Assembly (NCBI GenBank): GCA_016208085.1
Contig: JACQYT010000080.1
Span: 56,514-120,513, forward strand
From: Elusimicrobiota bacterium
GTDB taxonomy: Bacteria; Elusimicrobiota; Elusimicrobia; Elusimicrobiales; UBA9959
Length of the DNA: 64,000 nt
Direction of reading: 5' to 3'
Positions 43,288 through 51,320 of the stretch are shown here, in pieces. Below the pieces are notes generated by a model. The model saw only the letters and a program-made list of their open reading frames with translations. It was not told the DNA's origin and did not search any database. Within the stretch, counting starts at the first letter, position 1. The number at the start of each line of letters is the position of its first letter. The position numbers and the translations under genes are program-made.

Positions 43288-46200
43288 AGAGGCCGTCGCG
43301 CGCTGTCGGACCGCGGGCAAGCCCAGGTTCGTGGCAGGCGCGGTGGGCCCCACCAACAAGGCGCTGTTCGTGACCGGCGGAACCGATTTTGACGAATTCA
43401 CAGAAGTCTATTTTGAGCAGATAACGGCCCTGCTGGAAGGGGGGGCGGACCTGCTTTTAATAGAGACCGCGCACGATATCCTGAACATCAAGGCCGCGCT
43501 GGCCGCCGCCTCAAAAGCTTTTGCGGCTGCCTGCCGCAAATTGCCGGTGATAGTTTCGGTAACCATGGACAGGAAAAATACCATGCTGAGCGGCCAGGAC
43601 CCCCGGGCCGTCCATGTGGCCCTGGAGCATTTCCCGCTTTTCGCGCTGGGTTTCAACTGTTCCACCGGCCCCGAAGACATGGCCTTGCGGCTTGAAGAAC
43701 TGTCCGGGATGTCCGGCTTCCCCGTTTTGGCCATGCCCAACGCCGGGCTGCCTGATGAGAACGGCAGGTATAATGAAACCCCGGAGAAATTCGCCCGGAC
43801 CATTAAAAATTATGCCCTTGGCGGGTTTATCAATATCGCCGGCGGCTGCTGCGGCACCACCCCCGCTCATATAAAAGCGCTGGCCGAAGCGCTGAAGGGC
43901 GTTGCGCCCCGGCGTCATAAGAGCGGCCAGGCCTGGGCGGTTTCCGGCATAGAGCCGCTGTTCTATTCGGAGATTGACCCGCCGCTCCTGGCCGGCGAGC
44001 GCAACAATTCCATAGGGTCAAAAAAATTCCGCGACGTCGTGGCCGCCGGCGGGTGGGACCAGGCCGTGGAAATGGCGAAAGCGCAGGTGCGCGCCGGCGC
44101 GCATATCCTGGACGTCTGCCTCTCAAACCCCGACAGGAACGAGCCGGCGGACGTCAAAATATTCCTGCCGATGCTCTTCCGCGCCGTAAGGGCGCCGGTG
44201 ATGATAGATACCACGGATATCAAAGTGATGGAAGAGGTTTTGAAGCTGGCGCCGGGCAAGTGCGTATTAAATTCGGTCAATTTTGAGTTCGGTCCCCAAA
44301 AGCCCGCGAAGGCCGCAGAGCTTGTGAAACTCTACGGCGCGAAACTCGTCGTTGGGCTTATAGACGAGGCTAAAGAACAAGGCCTGCCGCTGACCGCCGG
44401 ACGCAAGCTCGCTATAGCGCGCAGGGCGTATGACTTTTTCACCAACAAGTGCGCGCTCCGTCCCGAAGACATAATATTCGACGCCCTGGTGTTCCCGGTC
44501 GGGGTCGGCGGGGAATACGCCCGGAGCGCCGGCGAAACGCTTAAAGCCGTGGAACTGATAAAAAAAGAATTCCCGCTTACAAAAACGGCGCTGGGAGTGA
44601 GCAACGTGTCTTTCGGCCTGCCGCCCGAAAGCAGGGAGATCTTGAACGCCGTTTTCCTGCATCACGCCATAAAGGCCGGGCTGGACATCGCCATCGTCAA
44701 TGTCGAGAAACATAAACGATATTCCCTGATACCCGCGCGCGAGCTGGAACTGGCCGAAAACCTGATATTCGCCCGCGCGCAGGACGGAGCAGCGGTATTT
44801 GCCGGCTATTTCAGGGAGAAAAAGAAGCGCGCGCCCGCTCAAGGCGCCGCCGCGCCGCCAGGCTTCGGCTTCATCCCTCATCCTTCATCCCTCATACCTC
44901 ACTTTGGAGCTCAGGCCGCGCCTTCTTCCCCCCAAGAAAAGCTTTACCGGCTGATAATGGACGGTTCAAAAGCGGAGGTGCAGGACACCGTGCGCGAACT
45001 GCTGGCCGCCCGGAGCCCGCTTGAGATAATAAACGGCCCGGTGCTTAAAGCCATGGCCGAAGTGGGAAAATTATTCGCCGAAGGCGAGCTGATAATAACC
45101 GAAGTCCTGCAGAGCGCCGAAGCGACTGCATCCGCCGTGTCCGTTTTAGGGCCGGCGCTGAAGGCGGGGAATGTCCCCAGGCGGGGAAAACTCCTGCTTG
45201 CCACCGTGAAGGGAGATGTGCACGATATAGGGAAGAATCTTGTCCATATTATTTTTGAATCCAACGGCTTTGAGGTGATAGACCTGGGCGTTAAAGCCGC
45301 CCCCGAGACCATAACGGCTTCGGCCCTGGCCGAAAAACCGGATTTTATAGGGCTTTCCGGCCTGCTGGTCCGCTCCACGGAGCAGATGGCGATAACGGCC
45401 AGGGAACTGGCCAAAGCCGGCGTTTCGGCGCCGTTGCTGGCCGGCGGGGCCGCGCTGACCGAAAAGTTCGTCGCCGCCGGTATGGCGCCGCTGTATAAGG
45501 GGCCGGTGTTTTATGCGCCGGACGCGATGGACGGCCTTAACACCGCGCTGAAACTTATCATGGATAAGGGTATAGGGGATAGGGTAGAGGGTATAGGGTG
45601 CGGATGGCAGGGGAAGGGACCGGAGATACAAGACGAAAAAATCAAGTTGAAAAGGGCGCGGGCCAACGCCGGTTTCCGGCCCGAGGAACTGCCCGAGCCC
45701 AAAGACCTCGCGCGGCACTTTTTCGGGGAATACCCCCTGCCGGAGTTGTTCGCCTGGCTGGACGAGGACCTTTTCAACCTGCGGTTTCTGAAGCTTAAAA
45801 AGACCGACGGGAAGAAGGCCGGCGGCGCAAAAAAGCTTCTGGCGGGTATAAAGGACGAAATAATAAAGGGTGGGATAATAAAACCACGCGGCGTGTACCG
45901 GTTCTTCCCGGCGGCCGCGGACGGAGACAGCCTGCTGTTCTACGGTCCGGACGGCAGGGCCATGGAGACGATAAATTTTCCGAGGCAGCACGACGGCGAG
46001 CGGCTCTGCATAGCCGATTTCATCGCGCTTCACGGCGGGCAAAAGGACCACGTGGCCCTGCTGGCCGTATCCTGCGGCGAAGGGATCTCAGAATTTTCCC
46101 GCGGCGAAAGGGAGAAAGGCAACTATTTAAAATCATATATCGTCGAGGCGCTGGCCTTGAGCCTGACGGAAGCCTTCGCCGAGGTCCTGCATCACAGAAT

Positions 46201-46450
46201 ACGCGCCGACTGGGGCTTTGCCGAACCAAAAACAGGCGGGCCGTTGCACCGCTCGCATTACCGCGGCAGAAGATATTCGTTCGGCTGGCCGCCCTGCCCG
46301 GACCTCTCCGGCCAGAGGAAGCTTTTCAATATGCTGAAGCCCGAAGGCGATGTGGGAATAAAACTGACGGAGCATTACATGATGGAGCCGGAGGCATCCG
46401 TTTCCGCTTTCGCGCTGCATAATCCGAAAGCGAAGTATTTTAATATATAG
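43274..46450 (+). CDS. metH: Cobalamin-dependent methionine synthase MetH (remainder: Hcy domain C-part, pterin-binding, B12 cap + B12-binding, AdoMet-activation domains)
   Basis: GGCCGTTPAHI (Zn site), a pterin-binding barrel, GDVHDIGKNL (DxHxxG), GLSGLL (SxL), and the activation domain RYSFGWPPCPDL. It is in a different frame from 43048..43287. Confidence 0.9.
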   Translation: MKLAKEAVARCRTAGKPRFVAGAVGPTNKALFVTGGTDFDEFTEVYFEQITALLEGGADLLLIETAHDILNIKAALAAASKAFAAACRKLPVIVSVTMDRKNTMLSGQDPRAVHVALEHFPLFALGFNCSTGPEDMALRLEELSGMSGFPVLAMPNAGLPDENGRYNETPEKFARTIKNYALGGFINIAGGCCGTTPAHIKALAEALKGVAPRRHKSGQAWAVSGIEPLFYSEIDPPLLAGERNNSIGSKKFRDVVAAGGWDQAVEMAKAQVRAGAHILDVCLSNPDRNEPADVKIFLPMLFRAVRAPVMIDTTDIKVMEEVLKLAPGKCVLNSVNFEFGPQKPAKAAELVKLYGAKLVVGLIDEAKEQGLPLTAGRKLAIARRAYDFFTNKCALRPEDIIFDALVFPVGVGGEYARSAGETLKAVELIKKEFPLTKTALGVSNVSFGLPPESREILNAVFLHHAIKAGLDIAIVNVEKHKRYSLIPARELELAENLIFARAQDGAAVFAGYFREKKKRAPAQGAAAPPGFGFIPHPSSLIPHFGAQAAPSSPQEKLYRLIMDGSKAEVQDTVRELLAARSPLEIINGPVLKAMAEVGKLFAEGELIITEVLQSAEATASAVSVLGPALKAGNVPRRGKLLLATVKGDVHDIGKNLVHIIFESNGFEVIDLGVKAAPETITASALAEKPDFIGLSGLLVRSTEQMAITARELAKAGVSAPLLAGGAALTEKFVAAGMAPLYKGPVFYAPDAMDGLNTALKLIMDKGIGDRVEGIGCGWQGKGPEIQDEKIKLKRARANAGFRPEELPEPKDLARHFFGEYPLPELFAWLDEDLFNLRFLKLKKTDGKKAGGAKKLLAGIKDEIIKGGIIKPRGVYRFFPAAADGDSLLFYGPDGRAMETINFPRQHDGERLCIADFIALHGGQKDHVALLAVSCGEGISEFSRGEREKGNYLKSYIVEALALSLTEAFAEVLHHRIRADWGFAEPKTGGPLHRSHYRGRRYSFGWPPCPDLSGQRKLFNMLKPEGDVGIKLTEHYMMEPEASVSAFALHNPKAKYFNI

Positions 46451-46462
46451 GTAAGGAACCAT

Positions 46463-47665
46463 ATGAAAAACGATCATTCGCCGGATAAGACAGGGAACGA
46501 AGAAAATTTCGCGCAAATGCTGGAGGCCAATTACAAAGAACCAGCGAGACTCTGTCCGGGCCAGAGCATAATGGCGGCTATCGTCAAGATAACGGCGGAC
46601 TGGGTTTTGATCGAAGTGGGTGGCAAAGGCGAGGGGTATCTGGACAAGGCGGAACTGCTGGACGCCGGCGGTAACCTGACCGCCAAAGAGGGCGACAAGC
46701 TCCGGGCCTGGTTTGTGTTCTCGGAAAACGGCGAAATGCATTTTACCTCAAAGATCGGCTCCGGTCCTTCGGCGCATGTCCAACTGGCGGAGGCCATGCG
46801 CGGCGGCGTCCTGGTGGACGGGACGGTGGCCAAAGAGCTGAAGGGCGGATTTGAGATCATCATCAGCGGCGGCGCGCGCGCCTTCTGTCCTTTTTCGCAG
46901 ATGGGCCTCCGGCGGGAAGACAATAAAGAAAACTATATCGGCAGGTCCCTGGCGTTCGAGATAATCGAGTGCGCCGAGCGCAACGTAGTCCTTTCCCGCA
47001 AGGGCATCCTGGCTGCGGAGCGGCAGGAAAAAGCGCGGGTTTTGAAAGGCGCGCTGGAAGAGGGGGCGAGGATAAAGGGAATTGTGACCTCCATCCGGAA
47101 ATTCGGCGCTTTTGTGGACATCGGCGGCGTGGAAGGCCTGCTTCCCGTCTCCGAGATCGCCTGGGACCGGACCGAGAACGTCGGCGACAGGCTTTCGGTC
47201 GGCCAGGCGGTGGAAGTGGTCGTCAAAAAGCTGGACTGGGAGAACGAACGGATATCTTTCAGCCTGAGGGAGATCCTGCCCAATCCCTGGGACAGCGCTG
47301 AGCGGACCTGGCCCCCCGGTTCCTATCATACGGGGACGGTTACCCGGCTTGCCCCGTTCGGCGCGTTCGTCGCTCTTGGCGAAGGGGTGGAGGGGCTTAT
47401 CCATATTTCACGGCTGGGAGGGGATAAAAGGATACAGCATCCGGAGCAAGCGCTTAAGGCGGGACAGGCTATAGAGGTGAAGGTGGAGGCGGTGGACCGG
47501 GAAAACAAAAAGATCTCGCTTGTTCCGGCGGCCGCGGCGCGGGAAGAAGACGAGGACGCCGCCGCCGTAAAAAAATATCAGCAGCCGGATTCGCCGGAGG
47601 CGGAAAGCCTGGGCACGCTGGGGGAGATCCTTAAAAAACAGCTGGAGAAGAAAAAGGGGCAATAA
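46463..47665 (+). CDS. rpsA: 30S ribosomal protein S1 (four S1 domains)
   Basis: Repeated S1 OB-fold motifs, e.g. GIVTSIRKFGAFVDIGGVEGLLPVSEI and GTVTRLAPFGAFVALGEGVEGLIHISRL. Confidence 0.85.
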   Translation: MKNDHSPDKTGNEENFAQMLEANYKEPARLCPGQSIMAAIVKITADWVLIEVGGKGEGYLDKAELLDAGGNLTAKEGDKLRAWFVFSENGEMHFTSKIGSGPSAHVQLAEAMRGGVLVDGTVAKELKGGFEIIISGGARAFCPFSQMGLRREDNKENYIGRSLAFEIIECAERNVVLSRKGILAAERQEKARVLKGALEEGARIKGIVTSIRKFGAFVDIGGVEGLLPVSEIAWDRTENVGDRLSVGQAVEVVVKKLDWENERISFSLREILPNPWDSAERTWPPGSYHTGTVTRLAPFGAFVALGEGVEGLIHISRLGGDKRIQHPEQALKAGQAIEVKVEAVDRENKKISLVPAAAAREEDEDAAAVKKYQQPDSPEAESLGTLGEILKKQLEKKKGQ

Positions 47666-47721
47666 CCCGTAAAATTTAGCCGGTAAAACCTATTGGCCCC
47701 AGGTTGATAGACAAGCGAACG

Positions 47722-47766
47722 AAGACCCGAAAATTGCTCCGCAATTTTCGGGATAGGTCTTTTTTG
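47722..47766 (+). terminator. rpsA terminator hairpin (copy 3 of the CGAACGA..CCCGAAAATTGC family)
   Basis: 12-bp stem CCCGAAAATTGC / GCAATTTTCGGG (47726..47752) followed by a TCTTTTTT run. Confidence 0.7.
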
Positions 47767-47770
47767 GGTC

Positions 47771-47798
47771 TTGACAACCGGGAACCGTCTGCTATACT
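47771..47798 (+). promoter_or_regulatory. Orphan near-consensus sigma70 promoter (TTGACA - 16 nt - TGCTATACT)
   Basis: TTGACA at 47771..47776 and TATACT at 47793..47798 with a TGC extended -10, the same TGCTATACT as the hsdM promoter. No + strand CDS lies downstream. Confidence 0.45.
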
Positions 47799-47895
47799 AT
47801 AAACGTCGCCGCGCCTCCGGGCCCGGCACAAGAGCCCGCGGCTCCATTAAACGGAGATTTCGCGGGTTCTGCTTTTAGTAGCCTCCTTAGGGCGG

Positions 47896-48882
47896 TTATT
47901 TTTTGAAATATTCCTTTCCACGCCGGTCTATATAGAAAACTTTCCCTTTCAGGACGACTCTGGCAATGCCGCCTTTAAACGAGGCGACCTCGTCATATTT
48001 GAAAGGTATCAGCTCTTTTCCGGTCTTGTCTATAAAGCCCCATTTGCCGCTTAAAGTCTTTAATACCGGGGCCAGGCCTTCGCTGAAAGAACCGCACATG
48101 AAGTAATTAAAGGGCAGCCGCCCGGCGCCATTCACGTCTATATAGCCGCAGCGCCCCGGGTCGCCGGCCAGCTTTTCGGCATGGGCCAGCCCCTCGCTGA
48201 CAGGCCCGATGTTAAAAAATTCCCTGGCCTTAAAAATTTTTGTTTCCCTGTTTATAAATCCGAAAGTCCGGCGGAACTGCGCGGCGGCGAAACCGCCGTC
48301 AAAGGGAAACGCCGCCTCATAAACCGGCGGCAGGGCCTCCGCGCCCTGTTTGTCTATATAGCCGTAGAACCCGCCGGACTTTACCCTGGCCAGGCCTTCG
48401 CTGAAAGGGTATATTTCGTCATACTTCGTCGGGATGAACTGTTTGGTTCCAAGCGGTATTATGCCCCAGCGTTTGTCCTTTTTCGCAGCGGCCATGCCGT
48501 CGTTGACGGTCAACGCTTCTTCATACTCAAACGGTATCGCGGATGCCCCGTCTTTATCTATGTAGCCCCAGCGCCCTTTTGATTTAGCCGGCGCCAATCC
48601 TTCGCTGAAAGCCCCGGCCGACTGGTAAGACGCCTTTATTGCAAACCGCCCCGAAACGTCAATGTAGCCGTATTTGCCGCCGGACATAACAAGGGCCAGG
48701 CCTTCGCTGAACGGCTTGGCCGCGTTATAGCGCGGGGAAATAATTATTTTCCCGTCCTGGTCCGCGTAGCCCCATTTTGAGCCGGCACGGTACGGAATAA
48801 GTTCCTTGTCCGGGCTTTGGGCCGGCGCGGCGGAAAGGCAGAATGCCGCGGAAAGAAGCGAAAGCGACAGTTTTTTTAGCAT
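47896..48882 (-). CDS. Secreted WG-repeat (KWG) protein
   Basis: Signal peptide MLKKLSLSLLSAAFCLSAAPAQ and about 9 repeats of the form KWGYID..G...IP.KYD.A..FSEGLA.V. Confidence 0.8.
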   Translation of the reverse strand: MLKKLSLSLLSAAFCLSAAPAQSPDKELIPYRAGSKWGYADQDGKIIISPRYNAAKPFSEGLALVMSGGKYGYIDVSGRFAIKASYQSAGAFSEGLAPAKSKGRWGYIDKDGASAIPFEYEEALTVNDGMAAAKKDKRWGIIPLGTKQFIPTKYDEIYPFSEGLARVKSGGFYGYIDKQGAEALPPVYEAAFPFDGGFAAAQFRRTFGFINRETKIFKAREFFNIGPVSEGLAHAEKLAGDPGRCGYIDVNGAGRLPFNYFMCGSFSEGLAPVLKTLSGKWGFIDKTGKELIPFKYDEVASFKGGIARVVLKGKVFYIDRRGKEYFKK

Positions 48883-48987
48883 ATGCCGGGTAAGGTTATT
48901 GTATGCCTTTATCGGGTTTTAAGCAATATCCCCCTTTTAAAAAGGGGGAAAGAGGGGGATTTTTTTATAGGCGGGCTGAAATTTCAG

Positions 48988-49037
48988 CTAGTGTAGCGTC
49001 CCGCAAATAACTAGACATTTGCGGGACGCTACACTAG
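48988..49037. repeat. REPIN-like perfect 21-bp inverted repeat with GTAG head (CTAGTGTAGCGTCCCGCAAAT / ATTTGCGGGACGCTACACTAG)
   Basis: Arms at 48988..49008 and 49017..49037. The 9-bp direct repeat TAGGCGGGC lies at 48968..48976 and 49035..49043. Confidence 0.8.
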
Positions 49038-49104
49038 GCGGGCGGTTGCCGGATGAACCGTTATAATGTTTTTGTATAATGGGGGTTAAGGATTAAGGAG
49101 CTTT

Positions 49105-49581
49105 ATGAAAATTAAAACAGCTATTTACCCCGGCAGTTTTGACCCGATCACGTTCGGCCACCTGGACATAATAAGGCGGGCTGGAAAGATCTTTGACCGG
49201 CTTATCGTAAGCGTTTTCACCCATAGCGCCAAGAAGCCGATGTTCACGGTGGAGGAGCGGGTGGACATGCTCAGGAGCGCGCTCAAAGGAAATAAAAAGG
49301 TGAAGATAGAGCGCTTTGAGGGCCTGCTGGTGGATTATCTCAGGAAAAAGAAGGTGAACGTGGTGATAAGGGGCCTGCGGGCCATCTCCGATTTGGAGTA
49401 CGAATTCCAGATAGCGGCCATAAACCGCACGCTTTACGGCGGCGTTGAAACGGTTTTCTTCATGCCGCGCCAGCGTTACACCTACCTGTCCTCCAGCGTG
49501 GTGCGCGACATAGCCCATTTCGGCGGCGACGTTTCCAAGCTAGTCCCGCCCTACGTGATAAAAAAAATAAAATCAAGATAA
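49105..49581 (+). CDS. coaD: Phosphopantetheine adenylyltransferase
   Basis: AIYPGSFDPITFGHLDIIRRA (T/HxGH motif), ISDLEYE, and a length of 158 aa. Confidence 0.9.
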   Translation: MKIKTAIYPGSFDPITFGHLDIIRRAGKIFDRLIVSVFTHSAKKPMFTVEERVDMLRSALKGNKKVKIERFEGLLVDYLRKKKVNVVIRGLRAISDLEYEFQIAAINRTLYGGVETVFFMPRQRYTYLSSSVVRDIAHFGGDVSKLVPPYVIKKIKSR

Positions 49582-49784
49582 CCAACCAAGTCAAAAACCC
49601 GGAAAACAGCCTTTGACAAACCTACGAATCGGCGCGTATTTCCACGCCCGGAGAACAGATACGGCCTGTCTGCGCGGCGTGGAAATCCGGTCCGAAAAGC
49701 GGGGTTTCCGCCGTGTCCATGCGCATATTATAAAGGCTGTCCGCGACAGCATAGGCTTGATTTTTGGAGAAAATAGTGGTACAC

Positions 49785-49815
49785 TATAATGCGATAAGTT
49801 ATCACTATAGATAAC
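49785..49815 (+). promoter_or_regulatory. Candidate abiE promoter -10 (TATAAT) plus operator-like inverted repeats GATAAGTTATC-ACTATA-GATAAC
   Basis: TATAAT at 49785..49790. Interlocking GATAA/TTATC palindromes at 49793..49815 end 8 nt before the AbiEi start. AbiEi antitoxins are known autorepressors that bind inverted repeats. Confidence 0.4.
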
Positions 49816-49823
49816 AAAATGCT

Positions 49824-50465
49824 ATGAAATGGGGAGAGTTTCTTGGTTTGGTAGCTGAGCAACCGATTTTTTCGGCGGAAATGCTGCGTGTCGGGAAGGC
49901 CGCCCCCGGAGCCGTAAATGTGCAGCTTAGCCGCTGGAAAAAGGCGGGCAAAATCACACAATTCAGAAGAGGTGTGTATATGGTAAACCCGCCATATGCC
50001 AAACTGCTTCCCGGCTATGACCTGTATACTGCCGCGCTGCTGCAATCTCCCTCTTATTTAAGCCTGGAAAAAGCGCTGGAACATCACGGCCTTATCCCGG
50101 AGGGCGTAGCTGTTTACACTTCAGTAACCACGCGAAGGCCGGTTGAGCTGAAAACTCCGGCGGGCAGGTATTCGTACAGGCATCTTGCGCGAAATTTGTT
50201 CTGGGGTTACGAGCGGCTTGCCGCCGGCGGCGGAGCGACCTTTATGGCCCTGCCTGAAAAAGCCGTTCTGGATATGTTTTATCTTAACGGGGTTAATATT
50301 ACGGCGGCTTATCTGGAGGAACTGCGGCTTCAGAATCTGGATAATATTGACTTGCCGCGCCTGGCCGCTTTCGCCGACAGGTTCGGCAAGCCTGGAGTGA
50401 AGCGGGCCGCCCAAAAACTTGCCGAATACGTACTGACGCGCGGCCGCGAAAGAAAATCATTATGA
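49824..50465 (+). CDS. Type IV toxin-antitoxin / abortive infection antitoxin AbiEi
   Basis: N-terminal wHTH LSRWKKAGKITQFRRGVYMV plus a C-terminal AbiEi_4-like domain. There is a 4-nt overlap with the toxin gene. Confidence 0.75.
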   Translation: MKWGEFLGLVAEQPIFSAEMLRVGKAAPGAVNVQLSRWKKAGKITQFRRGVYMVNPPYAKLLPGYDLYTAALLQSPSYLSLEKALEHHGLIPEGVAVYTSVTTRRPVELKTPAGRYSYRHLARNLFWGYERLAAGGGATFMALPEKAVLDMFYLNGVNITAAYLEELRLQNLDNIDLPRLAAFADRFGKPGVKRAAQKLAEYVLTRGRERKSL

Positions 50466-51268
50466 AAGACTATATTGTTGACTTGGTTTTAAAGCAGGCC
50501 GGCCATAACGCGCGGCTTAACCTCCTGCGAGAATATCTGCAGGCGTACATCCTGCGCGTAATGCATGACGCCGGCGTTTTCCGGTCTACCGCTTTTCTGG
50601 GGGGAACCGCCCTGCGGTTTTTATACGGCCTGCCGAGGTTCTCGGAAGACCTTGATTTCTCCGCGGTTGAAGGCGAGGGGATGCCTTTTCCCGTGCTTCT
50701 CAAAAAAATCAAGGGGGAACTTGTCCTGGCCGGGTATGATGTCGCCGTGGATTATGATGACGAAAAAACCGTGCGCAGCGCCTTTGTGAAATTTGCCGGC
50801 TTGTTGCTGGCGGCGGGGCTTTCCGGGCATAAAAACCAGCGGCTTTTAATTAAAATCGAAATTGATTCCAGGCCTCCCGCCGGCGCGAGGCTTGAGGTCC
50901 GCGTAGTGAACAAGTATTTCCCTATCGCCTTTCAATCATATGACGTGCCCTCGCTGTTTGCCGGCAAGGTTCATTGCGTTTTCTCGCGCAAGTATATTAA
51001 AGGCAGGGATTTTTTTGATATCGGCTGGTACTTATCCAAATGGCCCGGGCTCAAGCCGAACATTGTCCTGTTGAATAACGCCCTGGCGCAGACAGGCTGG
51101 AAAGGCGAATTTCCGGGGGAAAATAACTGGCGGGATATGCTTTATGAAAAAACGGCCCGGACCGATTGGGAAAAAGTCAGGCGCGATGTGGAAAATTTTC
51201 TGGAAAACCCGTCCGACCGGGAGATCTTTACCAAAGAAAATATTCTGGGCCTTATAAAACATCCGTAA
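50462..51268 (+). CDS. AbiEii/AbiGii nucleotidyltransferase toxin (DUF1814)
   Basis: FLGGTALRFLYGLPRFSEDLDFS, the NTase motif of AbiEii. Confidence 0.85.
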   Translation: MKDYIVDLVLKQAGHNARLNLLREYLQAYILRVMHDAGVFRSTAFLGGTALRFLYGLPRFSEDLDFSAVEGEGMPFPVLLKKIKGELVLAGYDVAVDYDDEKTVRSAFVKFAGLLLAAGLSGHKNQRLLIKIEIDSRPPAGARLEVRVVNKYFPIAFQSYDVPSLFAGKVHCVFSRKYIKGRDFFDIGWYLSKWPGLKPNIVLLNNALAQTGWKGEFPGENNWRDMLYEKTARTDWEKVRRDVENFLENPSDREIFTKENILGLIKHP

Positions 51269-51270
51269 TA

Positions 51271-51303
51271 AAAACAGCCCGGAGGGATTCCGGGCTGCTT
51301 TAT
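51271..51303. terminator. Bidirectional terminator between convergent abiEii and the clostripain-like gene
   Basis: AAAACAGCCCGG-AGGGATT-CCGGGCTGCTTTATT. Confidence 0.7.
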
Positions 51304-51320
51304 TGAGGCGCGGGGTAAAA

